DNA of 64,000 nt from an uncultured Verrucomicrobiae bacterium (GTDB lineage: Bacteria > Verrucomicrobiota > Verrucomicrobiia > Chthoniobacterales > SZAS-18): the NCBI GenBank assembly GCA_963762725.1, contig CAVXLY010000005.1, positions 1,220,989 through 1,284,988 of the forward strand, read 5' to 3'. Below the pieces are notes generated by a model. It worked only from the letters and a program-made list of their open reading frames with translations, had not been told where the DNA came from and did no database searches. The position numbers and the translations under genes are program-made. Below, one piece after another: positions 1-13,081 of this stretch (position 1 is its first letter; every line of letters begins with the position of its first letter).

Positions 1-641
1 TCGGCCCGCACTTCGCGCTGCGGGATCCCGGCGGCTACCGCTTGAGAGCCAGCATTTATTTTGCGGAAGGTGATCGCTATTTCTCGTCGAACACCGCCGC
101 CTTCGACCTCACCGAGGGCCGGACGATCTGGCAGCAAACCGTCGGCGTGCCCGGCGGACGCGGCAGTGATGCGGGCAATGGCGGCAGCGGCCTGCGCCAG
201 CTCGCGCTGCTCACCCACCGGCTGCCGGATCGGCTGCTGCTTTACGCCCGGGTGCGCGACGCCGGGGCCGGGATTGTTTACACCACGCAATCGCTCGGCC
301 GGCTGCTCACCAGCGGCGAGGAGCCGCAAGTGCTGCTCGATCGTGCCAACCGCCTGCATGTGCTCCATCTCGCGGTGCCGCGCACCTACGTTTACACCGT
401 GATGTCGCTGGAGGGCGAGCGGCTTACCCGGGAAGTCTATACGAAAGAGGGCAAGGTGAATCCAGGGCTGGCGCGCGCGCCGGATGGCCGGGTCGCCGTC
501 CAGCACGCCGTGCTCCAGGCCGCGGGCGGAAATGTCGCGCCGGGCAGCGACGATCTGCCGGTCGCCGGAGCCGGCCGGACGCTGCCCGACGCGCCACGGC
601 TTTCCGATCGGCCCGCCGGCATCCCGCGGCCGGTGCGGTGA
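1..641 (+). CDS. hypothetical protein, 5' end outside window
   Basis: Frame 3 is open from nt 3 to the TGA at 639-641. Track ORF 42..641 is only the part after an internal TTG. Composition is balanced, unlike the Arg/Pro/Gly-rich shadow ORFs. No motif recognised. Confidence 0.45.
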   Translation, partial: GPHFALRDPGGYRLRASIYFAEGDRYFSSNTAAFDLTEGRTIWQQTVGVPGGRGSDAGNGGSGLRQLALLTHRLPDRLLLYARVRDAGAGIVYTTQSLGRLLTSGEEPQVLLDRANRLHVLHLAVPRTYVYTVMSLEGERLTREVYTKEGKVNPGLARAPDGRVAVQHAVLQAAGGNVAPGSDDLPVAGAGRTLPDAPRLSDRPAGIPRPVR

Positions 642-707
642 TTTCGCGCCCGCCACGGCAGAGCCGCCGCTACAACGCGCGTCTTTCCCGCCGCGCCGGG
701 AACCTTC

Positions 708-1826
708 TTACTTGTCGAAATATTTCTGCAGATCGTCGCCCTTGTCGGTCTGCGCGAGGGCGAGCATGAGCAGAATGCGGGCTTTCTGCGGGTTGAGATT
801 ATCGGCGAAAACCGCACCGGCTTCCTTCAACGTTTTGCCGCCGCCGACAAACCCGTAAACCGGCAGCACCCGGCCGTTTTGCACCCGGGTGGAGATCACG
901 ACCTTCACGCCCTGGGCCGCCGCTTCCTTGATCGCGGCGTGAAACGCTTCATTCACGTTGCCCCAGCCCGCGGCGGCGATGACGATGCCCTTCGCGCCAT
1001 CCTTCACCGCGGCCTGGATCGGCTTCGCGTCGGCGCCGCCGTAAAAGTAAACGATCTCCACGCGCGGCAACTCCGCGCCGTTGGCCGCCTTCAGCTCAAT
1101 GTGCTGCCGGCGCAGCGGGGCGCGATGAAACACGATGCGGTCGAAGTCCACGGTGCCGAGCAGACCCCAGTCGCCGGACTTGAAAGTCTCCACGTCGGAA
1201 GTGTGCGTCTTCGTTACTTCCCGCGCGGCGTTGATCTGGTTGTTGAGCACGAGCAGCGTGCCCTTGCCTTTGGCCTGCGGATCGACGCAGATTTTCGCCG
1301 CGTTAAGCAGATTGCGCGGGCCGTCGAAGTCGGGCTCGGACGCGTTGCGCTGGGCGCCGATGCAGACGACCGGCTTGTCGCTCTTCACCGTGAGATCGAG
1401 AAACCAGGCGGTTTCCTCCAGGGTATCGGTGCCGTGGGAAACGATCACGCCGGCGACTTCCGGCCGGGCCAGCGCGGCGGTCACCGCTTTCTGCAAATCG
1501 ACCCAGCGCTTCGGGTCCATGTAATCGCTCGGAACGTTGGATTGATTGACGACTTCAATCTTCGCGACCTTCGCGATCTCCGGCACCGTGGCGATGAGAT
1601 CCTCGCCGCTGATCGCGGGCACCGGTGCCTTTTTCACCGGATCGATCTTCATCGCGATCGTGCCGCCGGTGGCGATGAGCTGGACGACGGGCAGGTTGCT
1701 GTCGTTCTTGGCCTCGGCCGCCGCCGGCTTGGGGCTGCCGCCGGGATTCTGGGCGCTGGCGGGGGCGGCGACGCTGGCCGCCAGAGCGGCTGCGAAACAA
1801 AGACGGAGGAGCGGGGAGAGTTGCAT
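708..1826 (-). CDS. ansB: L-asparaginase, periplasmic type II
   Basis: Track ORF 708..2273 trimmed to the internal ATG at 1826. N-terminus MQLSPLLRLCFAAALAASVAAPASA looks like a Sec signal peptide. Asparaginase signatures LIATGGTIAM and VSHGTDTLEETA are present. 372 aa. Confidence 0.9.
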   Translation of the reverse strand: MQLSPLLRLCFAAALAASVAAPASAQNPGGSPKPAAAEAKNDSNLPVVQLIATGGTIAMKIDPVKKAPVPAISGEDLIATVPEIAKVAKIEVVNQSNVPSDYMDPKRWVDLQKAVTAALARPEVAGVIVSHGTDTLEETAWFLDLTVKSDKPVVCIGAQRNASEPDFDGPRNLLNAAKICVDPQAKGKGTLLVLNNQINAAREVTKTHTSDVETFKSGDWGLLGTVDFDRIVFHRAPLRRQHIELKAANGAELPRVEIVYFYGGADAKPIQAAVKDGAKGIVIAAAGWGNVNEAFHAAIKEAAAQGVKVVISTRVQNGRVLPVYGFVGGGKTLKEAGAVFADNLNPQKARILLMLALAQTDKGDDLQKYFDK

Positions 1827-2031
1827 GCGGGGAGGGGAATTGGGGTTGGAGGGATTTGTCGATCGCGCGGCTGGCCGCAGTAGAAAAATCCGCGGCACAG
1901 ACCGACTCCGACGAATCGTGGATGCCGGAGTTTTTGAGCGGGTTTTCGCCTCGCTGGCCGATCCTGAGCACCCGGCGCCCCCGGTCGCGGGGATCGACCG
2001 GAGTTTCTGATCCGACACGGCCTGCAGAAAT

Positions 2032-4715
<2,684 letters not shown>

Positions 4716-4719
<4 letters not shown>

Positions 4720-5375
4720 GCAATCGGGTCGTTGTCGAGCTGGCGCTGGAGCCAGAGCTTCGCGGTGGCCCACTCGCGTTTGACCGTGGAGACCGAGATG
4801 TCCAGCACGGTGGCGATTTCCTCCGTCGTCAGCCCGCCGAAAAAACGCAGCTCGACGATCTGTCCCTGGCGCGGATCGAGCGCTTCCAGCGAGCGGAGCG
4901 CTTCGTCCACGCCGGTCAGCGACAGCGTGTGCTGCTCGGAGAAATGGAGCGCTTCGTCCAGCGCCAGACGCGGCTCGCCGCCGCCCCGCTTCTGGGCGCT
5001 CCGGGCCACGGCGTGATTGATGAGGATGCGCCGCATGATGCGCGCGGCGATGCCGAGAAAGTGGGCGCGGTTTTGCCAGTCCACCGGCCGGTCGCCGGCC
5101 AGGCGCAGATAGACTTCGTGGACCAGCGCGGTCGGCTGGAGCGTGTGGTCCGGCCGCTCGTTGCGCAAGTAGCTGGCCGCCAGCGCGCGCAGTTCGTCAT
5201 ACACCTGCGGCAGCAAGGTGTTCAGCGAGTCGGTCTTCGTGGCGTCGCCCGCCGCCTTGCTGGCAGGGAGGAGATCGCGCACCAACTCCGTGAGCTCGCG
5301 CTGAAAGGCCGCGTCGTCCACCGGAGAGTCGGTTCGGGCCGCCGCCGAGAGCTGCGACCGGGGGTTTTCGGACAT
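4716..5375 (-). CDS. ECF-type RNA polymerase sigma-70 family factor
   Basis: ATG at 5375 (TTG at 5390 also possible). Region 2 (ALVHEVYLRL...NRAHFLGIAARIMRRILIN) and region 4 HTH (ELRFFGGLTTEEIATVLDISVSTVKREW). From memory this resembles the ECF subgroup that is followed by a Ser/Thr kinase rather than an anti-sigma factor. Confidence 0.9.
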
Positions 5376-5617
5376 GGGCGACAACAGCAACTCGGACGTG
5401 GGTTTCCTACTTCAGACGGACTGACAAATCGAGCGCTTAGAAAAAAAGTCGGAAAATTTTTGAGCCGTTTGGCCGGCCGTTTCGGCATTGCCCGGGAAGA
5501 AGGACAAATTCTTCCAGCGAGTTTCGAGCCCCGCCCGGGCGCAGATGCACCGGCGCTCAAGATTTTCCGCCGCTCCCAGACCACATCCCCTCCACGCAGC
5601 TCACTCATCCAACACCC

Positions 5618-8182
5618 GTGAAAATCCTTCCCCGATCCCGTCGCCTGCGGCTGCTGGCCGCGCTGCTCGCCGCCGCCACGCTGCTGCGCGCCCAGCCGGC
5701 CTCCGTCCACGCGGCGCCGACGCTGCTCGACACCGTCGATCTCTCGCCGGGGGTGGACGTTTCCGGCTCCTACGGGTTCACGCTCAACGCCAATACGCAC
5801 CGGCTTTACGTGCTCGGCAGCCAGGGCGTCGGCTTTGTCCACTCCGGCCTGAAAATCATCGATACCACGACCGGCGCGGTCCGCGGCGGCATCGAGCTGG
5901 CGACGACCCTGGTCGATAACAATGACGGCAGCTTTCTGCCGATCGCCGCCTCCGCGGACGACAGCGCCGCCCCGGCCGGCAACAAGATCTACGTGCTGGG
6001 CCGGCGAAACATTTACCGGGACAGCCGCCTCTTCCTGCGCTTCGTGGATGGCGCGACCGAGACGAACATCACCGATCCTTCCAGCGATCTGCTGCTCGAT
6101 CGTTCCACGAGCCCGAGCTCGATCTTTGCCAATCCGGTGGTCGTTAATCCGGTGACACACAAGGTGTATGTCACCGACGGGAACGCCCAGGTTTACGTGG
6201 TGGACGGTCCCAGCCGGCAGTTGCTCAAGCAGATCTCCGTGCCGGGAGATACCGAGACGCTGCCGGTCGTCAACCGCACGCTCAACAAGCTCTACTTCTT
6301 CAGCGCCGGCATCGGCGGCGGCGCCATCGTGGATGGCGCCTCTGACGCGGTCACCGCGCTCGGCGTCCCGTTCGTCAATACCCAGGGCGCGGCGGTGAAC
6401 GAAGCCGGGAACCGCGTTTACGTGGTCGCCCGGAGTTTGCAGGACAACGCGTTCACGCTCTTCGCGCTGGACGCCGGCAGCGGGTCGGTCGTCGCCTCAA
6501 CGACCACCGGAATCAACCCCGTCTCTTCCAGTGCGGCCCGCAGCATGGCGTTCGACGCGGCGACAAACACGCTGTTCGTCGCGGACCCGGTGGGCCCGAG
6601 CAACGACAACCCGAAGATCACCGCCTTCGATGCCACGACGCTGGCGGTGAAGACCGCGTTTCCGCACGCCGGATTCCGCGTCGCCTTCGACGCCGGGCGA
6701 TTGTTTTTGATCGGCTATTCCACGGAGATCCAGAGTGCCGTCGGCGTTCTGGACCCGGCGACCGGGGCGTTCGCCAAGACCACGGTCGGCTATCAGCCCG
6801 GCTACCTGGCGGTGAACCGCCAGACCGGCCGCGCGTTTGTCCTCGATACCGCGACGAATGAAGTCACCGCGATCGACACCAACAGCCGGACCGTCGTCGG
6901 CCGGTTCCCGATCCGCACCGCGCAGCCCGGAGGCGCCGCGCTCGCGGGAGACACCCGCACGATCGGCGTGAGCGCCGCGCTCAACCGCTTCTACGTGACG
7001 CATACCGGCTACCAGAACATCCCCGGCGGCTTCGGCTCCAGCAACGCCGCGTTTCTCGACGTTCACGACGGCAACGACGGGCGGCTGTTGCAGACCGTGT
7101 CGCTGGGGGCGGACTCGTTCGCGAGCAACGGCCGGATCGCCGTGGACGACACCCACCGGCGGGTTTACGTCACCGGTGGAACGACGGCCAATAACAGCCA
7201 GACCGGCGTGGTCTTCGTGCTGGACGCCGATGCGAACACGCTCGTGGCGACGATCACCAGCCCGCGGCCCGGCGCCCTCGGCGGCCTCGCGGTGAACCCG
7301 GTCACCCGCCGCGTCTATGCGACCGGCGGCGCCGGCAGCAACAGCGCGGTGATCATCATGGATGGCGCGACGAACACGGTCGTGACCACCGTTCCCTCGA
7401 CCAGCCTTTTCCCCGGCCGGATCGCCGTGAACACGAAGACCAACAAGGTCTTCGTCGCGACGACCGATGGCGACCTGCATTCCATCCAGATCATCGACGG
7501 CGCGAAGGACGCTGCGGCTGGCGGCTTCAGCGACGGCAGCCTGAATCCGTTCAGCAACGCCTACGACGTGGCGGTCGATGAAGACAGCAACACCGTCTTC
7601 GTGCTCGACGACAGCGTCAGCTCGCGCGACCGCACCGGCGGCGTGCTGGCCTTCGACGCCGGCAACGGCTACCGCCAGATCGGCCAGGTCGAACTGGGGT
7701 ATCTTCCCTTCAGTCTGGCGTTTGATCCCGGCACGCACCGGCTGTTCGTCTCGAACAACTACGACGGCACCGTGAGCGTGGTCCAGCCCGACTCGCTCGG
7801 TGGCGCGTCGCACCCGCCGTTTTTCACCGGGGAGGTGCCGCTGTCCAACGGCGTTTACTACCTGGCCTTTCCGGCGAGCGGCACGTTCTTTGGCTACTAC
7901 AGCTACCTGTCCGACCCGCGCTTCATCTTCCACTTCGATCTCGGCTACGAGTATTGGTTTGATAACAACGCCAACGACGGCCGGGCGGGCATCTTCTTCT
8001 ACGACTTCAAGAGCGGGGGCTTCTTCTACACCTCACCCACGTTTCCCTTCCCGTATCTCTACGACTTCTCGCTGAACGCCGTCTTGTATTACTTCCCGGA
8101 TCCGCAGAACCCGGGCCGCTACAACACGAACGGAGTGCGCTACTTCTACAACTACGCGACGGGACAGATCATCTCGAAGTAA
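5618..8182 (+). CDS. secreted YVTN-type beta-propeller repeat protein with C-terminal Tyr/Phe-rich domain
   Basis: GTG start. Signal peptide MKILPRSRRLRLLAALLAAATLLRAQPASVHA. More than 12 repeat cores (NRVYVV, HKVYVTD, NKLYFFS, NTLFVAD, RRVYVTGG, NKVFVAT, HRLFVSNN). The last ~118 aa (GEVPLSNGVYYLAFPASG...YNYATGQIISK) are duplicated in the next gene. Confidence 0.8.
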   Translation: MKILPRSRRLRLLAALLAAATLLRAQPASVHAAPTLLDTVDLSPGVDVSGSYGFTLNANTHRLYVLGSQGVGFVHSGLKIIDTTTGAVRGGIELATTLVDNNDGSFLPIAASADDSAAPAGNKIYVLGRRNIYRDSRLFLRFVDGATETNITDPSSDLLLDRSTSPSSIFANPVVVNPVTHKVYVTDGNAQVYVVDGPSRQLLKQISVPGDTETLPVVNRTLNKLYFFSAGIGGGAIVDGASDAVTALGVPFVNTQGAAVNEAGNRVYVVARSLQDNAFTLFALDAGSGSVVASTTTGINPVSSSAARSMAFDAATNTLFVADPVGPSNDNPKITAFDATTLAVKTAFPHAGFRVAFDAGRLFLIGYSTEIQSAVGVLDPATGAFAKTTVGYQPGYLAVNRQTGRAFVLDTATNEVTAIDTNSRTVVGRFPIRTAQPGGAALAGDTRTIGVSAALNRFYVTHTGYQNIPGGFGSSNAAFLDVHDGNDGRLLQTVSLGADSFASNGRIAVDDTHRRVYVTGGTTANNSQTGVVFVLDADANTLVATITSPRPGALGGLAVNPVTRRVYATGGAGSNSAVIIMDGATNTVVTTVPSTSLFPGRIAVNTKTNKVFVATTDGDLHSIQIIDGAKDAAAGGFSDGSLNPFSNAYDVAVDEDSNTVFVLDDSVSSRDRTGGVLAFDAGNGYRQIGQVELGYLPFSLAFDPGTHRLFVSNNYDGTVSVVQPDSLGGASHPPFFTGEVPLSNGVYYLAFPASGTFFGYYSYLSDPRFIFHFDLGYEYWFDNNANDGRAGIFFYDFKSGGFFYTSPTFPFPYLYDFSLNAVLYYFPDPQNPGRYNTNGVRYFYNYATGQIISK

Positions 8183-8202
8183 AGGCAACGCTTTGCAGTA
8201 AA

Positions 8203-8230
8203 GCGGGCGACGCGGGGTGGCGTCGCCCGC
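8203..8230 (+). terminator. GC-rich hairpin downstream of the beta-propeller gene (no U-tract)
   Basis: Perfect 11-bp stem gcgggcgacgc / gcgtcgcccgc with a 6-nt loop, 21 nt after the stop codon. No T-run follows, so intrinsic terminator function is uncertain. Confidence 0.35.
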
Positions 8231-8466
8231 GACTGCGCTCGGCAACCGAGATGCGGCCGCACGAGCGGTTTCTTGCCGGGTCGAGCCGTCGGACAAAAAC
8301 CGGCGCGATTTCGGCGGAAAACTTTTTCTAAAAATCGCTGAGCCTTTTTGCCGGCTGATTTTGCATTTCCCCCCTGAAGCCCCTGCTGCCGACGTGTCGC
8401 GTCAGCAACAGCCTGGCTGCTCTTTCGACGGATTCAACCCACTGCTCTTAACCCGAAATCACGCTG

Positions 8467-10270
8467 ATGAAATTGCCCTCATTCCTGTCCGCAGCCTTGT
8501 GCTGCCTCGCCGCCGGCGTCCACTGTGGAGCGCCGCCTGCCGCCCGCGCCCAAACCCCGACGCCACCAAGTTACTATCTCGCTGAAACCATCAAGCTGCC
8601 GGCCGACATCACGGCGAATGGCACCTTTAGCCCCGTTGGCTTTAACGGAACGGAATCCGGCATCAACGCGCAGGGCTACGTGTTGTTCAACTACATAGCC
8701 GACCAGAACAATGCCAACTCGCGGCGTGGCCCGCAGGTTTACAAGGGCAATGGGCAACTCATCTCCCTGTCGCTCAATGCCATTGATCCCAAATCCGGCT
8801 CTGTCAGCGCTACTTGCATCAGCGACCTGGCGGCGGATGGATCCTTCTTCGTGGGTGGCGTCGGGAAGATCGATGCCAATGATAAAACCAGTAATCGGCC
8901 GTTTGTCTGGAAGGTCAACGCCGACGGCAGCTCCGACATGGTGGCTTTGAGCAATTTCGTCCTGCCGCCCGAAAGCACGAACCCCGGTGAGCAAGGCACC
9001 GGGTATGCGGTTGCCGTGAACAGCGCCGGTGTCGTTTACGGCTACGGCAACAGCTATTTGGTCGGCATCGCACTTTTCTGGCAATACCCAAACGCCCAGG
9101 CGAACAAGTTTGGCGACCTCTACGATCGCCCGGTCTATGCGGACGATTCGGCAGTCCTGGTCAGAGATAATCGGCCGGGCATCACCTACAATGACACGAA
9201 GGTCCCTAACGTGATCCCAACTGCCGGACCCGCAGCCACAAAGGCTGGCCTCATTGTCGGCACCTTCAACGGTCCAAACGGGAGATCTCGCGCTTTCGTC
9301 TATCCGGTTGCCAACGGCAACGGCGTGCTCACAGAGCTTCCAAACTATGCCGACTATTTCGATACCAGCACTCAGCAATCCACCGCCGAGCACGTGAATG
9401 CGGCTGGAGACATCACTGGCATTTCTGGAGCGTATCAATCCGCGGTGTTGTGGAAGCGGCAGACGGACGGCTCCTACCAAGTGTTTCCAGCGAATAGTTT
9501 AGTGGCCCGTGACCCAAACAATTACGTGGACTATGGCTTTTCCACTTTTCGGTTTTTGGGCTTCGCTGCCGACGGCACGTTGCTCGGTTACGGCACGCAG
9601 ACTAAGAGAACCTATCTGATCAAACCTGGAACGAATGCGCAGCCACCGGTGATCACCAGCGCCTCGTCTGCCAGCGGCACCGTGGGCCAGGCCTTCGGAT
9701 TCCAGCTCGCTGCCTCCAACAGCCCGACCAGCTTTGCCGTCAGCGGCCTGCCCCAGGGGCTCTCGCTCGACACGACCACGGGCCTGATCAGCGGCACGCC
9801 CACGGCCGCCGGCACCGCCACGGTCTCGGTGACGGCCACCAACGCCGCAGGCAGCGGCTCTGGGAACCTGACGATCACGATTGCGGCGGCACCGGCCAAC
9901 GGCCACGCGCCCTTCTTTCTCTGGCGAGGTGCCGCTCTCCAACGGCGTTTACTACCTGGCCTTCCCGGCCAGCGGCACGTTCTTTGGCTACTACAGCTAT
10001 CTGTCGGATCCGCGCTTCATCTTTCACTTTGATCTCGGCTACGAATACTGGTTCGACGCTGGAAACAGCACGAGCGGAGTCTTCTTCTACGACTTCAAGA
10101 GTCAGGGCTTCTTCTACACGTCACCCTCGTTCCCGTTCCCGTATCTGTATGACTTCAGCCTGGGTGCGGTGCTCTACTACTTCCCGGATCCGCAGAACCC
10201 GGGCCGCTACAACACGAACGGGGTGCGCTACTTCTACAACTACGCCACCGGCCAGATCATCTCGAAGTAA
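8467..10270 (+). pseudogene. secreted HAF-like repeat / Ig-domain protein with the same C-terminal Tyr/Phe-rich domain (frame disrupted as sequenced near 9917)
   Basis: Signal peptide MKLPSFLSAALCCLAAGVHCGAPPAARAQ. HAF-like cores (RPFVWK, RAFVYP, SAVLWK). One He_PIG/cadherin-like Ig unit (PPVITSASSASGTVGQAFGFQLAAS...GLPQGLSLDTTTGLISGTP). The C-terminal domain continues in frame +1 (track ORF 9881..10270). Deleting one T of TTT 9916-9918 gives APFFSGEVPLSNG. Length is 1804 nt, which is 3n+1. Confidence 0.75.
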
Positions 10271-10287
10271 CCAGCGGGCGACGGACG

Positions 10288-11199
10288 CTAGCCGCGGCCA
10301 CCCGCCGCGGCGATGCGTTTCGTCAGATCGACAAACTCCGCCGCGCTCTCGCTGCCGATCGTGAAGCAATCGACACAATCCTGGCTCAGCGAGAGCGCGT
10401 AGCGGAGCGCTTCGTCCACGCGCCCGCGGAGCTGGCCGGCGCCGAGGATCTTCATGCCGATCACGCCTTTGCCGGCGGCTTTCATCTCGCGCAGGACGCC
10501 GAGGACCGTGGCGGGGTCGGCGTCCATGACGACGCCGGCCGGGTTGATGCGCGCGAGGTCCACCTGCACCCACGGCGTGCGGGCGGCCGTTTGAAGCGCG
10601 CCGAGCGAGTGGCAGCTCACGCCGTGCGTGCGGACGATGCCGCGCTCGCGGGCTTCGGAGATCACGTCCATCGCCGCCTTTTTGCGCTCCGGCCAGTCGG
10701 GATCGGTCAGGCAATGCAGCAGGAGGATGTCGATGTAATCGGTGCCCAGCTCGCGCCGGAAACGGTCGAGGTCAGCGCGCATTTCCTTCGCCGTCGTCGC
10801 GACCGTTTTTGTCAGGATCGTGACTTTCTCGCGCGGGATGCCGCCGCCGCTTTTCAAGGCCTCGCGCAGGAGCGGATGGCTGCCGTATTGATCCGCGGAA
10901 TCCCAGAACGTGACGCCCTGGTCGTAGGCGAGCCGGAGCAGATCGGCTGCGCCGCGGACGCCGAGCTGGCGGGTCTGGTTGGAGCGGCCGCCCCAGCCGC
11001 TGGTGCCGGTGCCCATGGCGAGACGGCTCACCGAAACCTGCGCGGGGCCGAGGAGGATGCGGTCGCTCGCGAGCTTCGGTTTCGCCGTCGCGGCGGCGGC
11101 GAGGAGGCGCCCCGGTAACAGGCCGCCGCTGGCGAGCGCGGCGGCGCTGGTCGCAAGGAACGAGCGTTTGAGGAAGTCGCGCCGATTCATTTCTGCCAA
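10288..11199 (-). CDS. aldo/keto reductase with twin-arginine (Tat) signal peptide
   Basis: N-terminus MAEMNRRDFLKRSFLATSAAALASG carries the RRDFLK Tat motif. Aldo/keto reductase family body (GTSGWGG...AYDQGVTFWDSADQYG...IDILLLHC). Confidence 0.85.
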   Translation of the reverse strand: MAEMNRRDFLKRSFLATSAAALASGGLLPGRLLAAAATAKPKLASDRILLGPAQVSVSRLAMGTGTSGWGGRSNQTRQLGVRGAADLLRLAYDQGVTFWDSADQYGSHPLLREALKSGGGIPREKVTILTKTVATTAKEMRADLDRFRRELGTDYIDILLLHCLTDPDWPERKKAAMDVISEARERGIVRTHGVSCHSLGALQTAARTPWVQVDLARINPAGVVMDADPATVLGVLREMKAAGKGVIGMKILGAGQLRGRVDEALRYALSLSQDCVDCFTIGSESAAEFVDLTKRIAAAGGRG

Positions 11200-11256
11200 A
11201 GTGGAATCGCGCCGGGCAAATCTCCCGGCCTGTTCGCCGAATCTCTGCTCATCGTC

Positions 11257-13008
11257 ATGCCTTTATTCCCCCAACAACTCAGCCGGGCGCTGGCCTTCTG
11301 CGGCGCCACCCTGCTGTTTGTCTCCAACTCTTATACTCAAGTGGACCGCATCACCGGAAAACCGTTCGCCACCCGCTCAGAAGTCCTCGGCCGCCACGGC
11401 ATGGTCTGCACGAGCGTGCCGGCCGCCACGCAGGTCGGCATTGAAATCCTCAAACGCGGCGGCAGCGCGGTGGACGCCGCCATCGCGGCAAACGCCACGC
11501 TCGGGCTCATGGAGCCGGTGAGCAACGGCATCGGCGGCGACCTTTTCGCCATCGTCTGGGACGCCCGCACGCAGCGGCTCTACGGGCTCAACGCCAGCGG
11601 CCGCTCGCCGCTCGGCCTTTCCTACGACGGCATGAAAGCCGAGCTGGCCAAGCTCGGGCGCAAGTCGATCCCGCCGCTGGGGATGCTCTCGATTTCGGTG
11701 CCGGGCTGCGTGGACGGCTGGGCGGAGCTGCATTCGCACTTCGGCCGCCTGTCGCTGGCCGAGGATCTGGCGCCGGCGATCCGCTACGCCGAGGAAGGGT
11801 TCCCGGTCACCGAGACGATCGCCTACTACTGGGGCCGCGGCGTGGCGCAATACCGCAAGGAGCCCGGCGCGTATCTGGAAACCTACACGCTCGACGGCCA
11901 GGGCCGCACGCCGGCGAAGGGCGACGTTTTCAAAAACCCCGGCCTCGCCCGCACGCTGCGGCTCATCGGCGAGCAGGGGCGCGACGCTTTTTACAAAGGC
12001 GAGCTCGCCGACAAGATGGACGCCTTCATGCAGGCCAACGGCGGCTACCTGCGCAAGGCCGACTTTGAAAAGCACACGTCCACCTGGATCGACCCGGTTT
12101 CCGTGAACTACCGCGGCTACGACGTCTTCGAACTGCCGCCGAACGGCCAGGGCATCGCGGCGCTCCAGATGCTCAACGTGCTCGAAGCCTACGATCTGCG
12201 CGGGTCCGGCTTCAACACGCCGCAGACCCTGCACTGGATGATCGAGGCGAAAAAACTCGCCTGGGCGGATCGCGCGAAATTTTACGCCGACCCCGATTTT
12301 TCCAAGGCGCCGCTGAAGGGCCTGCTCTCGAAGGAATACGCCGCCGAACGCCGCGGCCTCATCGATCCGAAACACGCCGCCAAACGGCTTGACGCCGGCC
12401 ATCCCGGCCTGCGCGACGGCGACACGATCTACATGTGCGTCGCCGACGACGAGGGCAACATGGTGTCGCTCATCCAGAGCAACTACCGCGGCATGGGCAG
12501 CGGCGTCGTGCCGCCGGGTCTCGGCTTCATGTTCCAGGATCGTGGCGAGCTGTTCACCCTGGAGCCGGGTCACGCGAATGTTTACGCGCCCGGCAAGCGG
12601 CCGTTTCACACCATCATCCCGGGCTTCGTGATGAAGGACGGCAAGCCCTGGCTGGCTTTCGGCGTGATGGGCGGCGGCATGCAGCCGCAAGGCCACGTGC
12701 AGGTGCTCACGAACATGATCGACTTCGGCATGAACGTGCAGGAAGCCGGCGACGCCAGCCGCTGGCAGCACGAGGGCGACAGCGAGCCGACCGGAGAAAA
12801 ACTCACCGAAACCGGCGGCTACGTGAACTGCGAAAGCGGCGTGCCGTTTGAAACCGTGCGGGAGCTGAAAAAGATGGGTCACGACGCCCGCTGGGACGTC
12901 GGCGGCTTCGGCGGCTACCAGGCGATCAAGATGGAAATGCGCGACGGCCAGCGCGTCTATTTCGGCGCCAGCGAAAGCCGCAAGGACGGGCAGGCGGCGG
13001 GGTATTAG
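11257..13008 (+). CDS. ggt: gamma-glutamyltranspeptidase
   Basis: Signal peptide present. Conserved GGT blocks GGDLFAIVWD, autoprocessing site DGDTIYMCVADDEGNMVSLIQSN, HTIIPGFV and GVMGGGMQPQGHVQVL. 583 aa. Confidence 0.93.
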   Translation: MPLFPQQLSRALAFCGATLLFVSNSYTQVDRITGKPFATRSEVLGRHGMVCTSVPAATQVGIEILKRGGSAVDAAIAANATLGLMEPVSNGIGGDLFAIVWDARTQRLYGLNASGRSPLGLSYDGMKAELAKLGRKSIPPLGMLSISVPGCVDGWAELHSHFGRLSLAEDLAPAIRYAEEGFPVTETIAYYWGRGVAQYRKEPGAYLETYTLDGQGRTPAKGDVFKNPGLARTLRLIGEQGRDAFYKGELADKMDAFMQANGGYLRKADFEKHTSTWIDPVSVNYRGYDVFELPPNGQGIAALQMLNVLEAYDLRGSGFNTPQTLHWMIEAKKLAWADRAKFYADPDFSKAPLKGLLSKEYAAERRGLIDPKHAAKRLDAGHPGLRDGDTIYMCVADDEGNMVSLIQSNYRGMGSGVVPPGLGFMFQDRGELFTLEPGHANVYAPGKRPFHTIIPGFVMKDGKPWLAFGVMGGGMQPQGHVQVLTNMIDFGMNVQEAGDASRWQHEGDSEPTGEKLTETGGYVNCESGVPFETVRELKKMGHDARWDVGGFGGYQAIKMEMRDGQRVYFGASESRKDGQAAGY

Positions 13009-13081
13009 TGCAGCACCACGAAGCCGGTTCCAAACCGTGGCCGGGCTTGCGAGACACACGGACGAAAAGTAATCTGCCCGC

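Noticed and set aside
8217-8585. 122-aa ORF spanning the intergenic region before the second secreted-protein gene
   Set aside because: It is out of frame with, and overlaps, the clear signal-peptide start at 8467. The composition looks non-coding.
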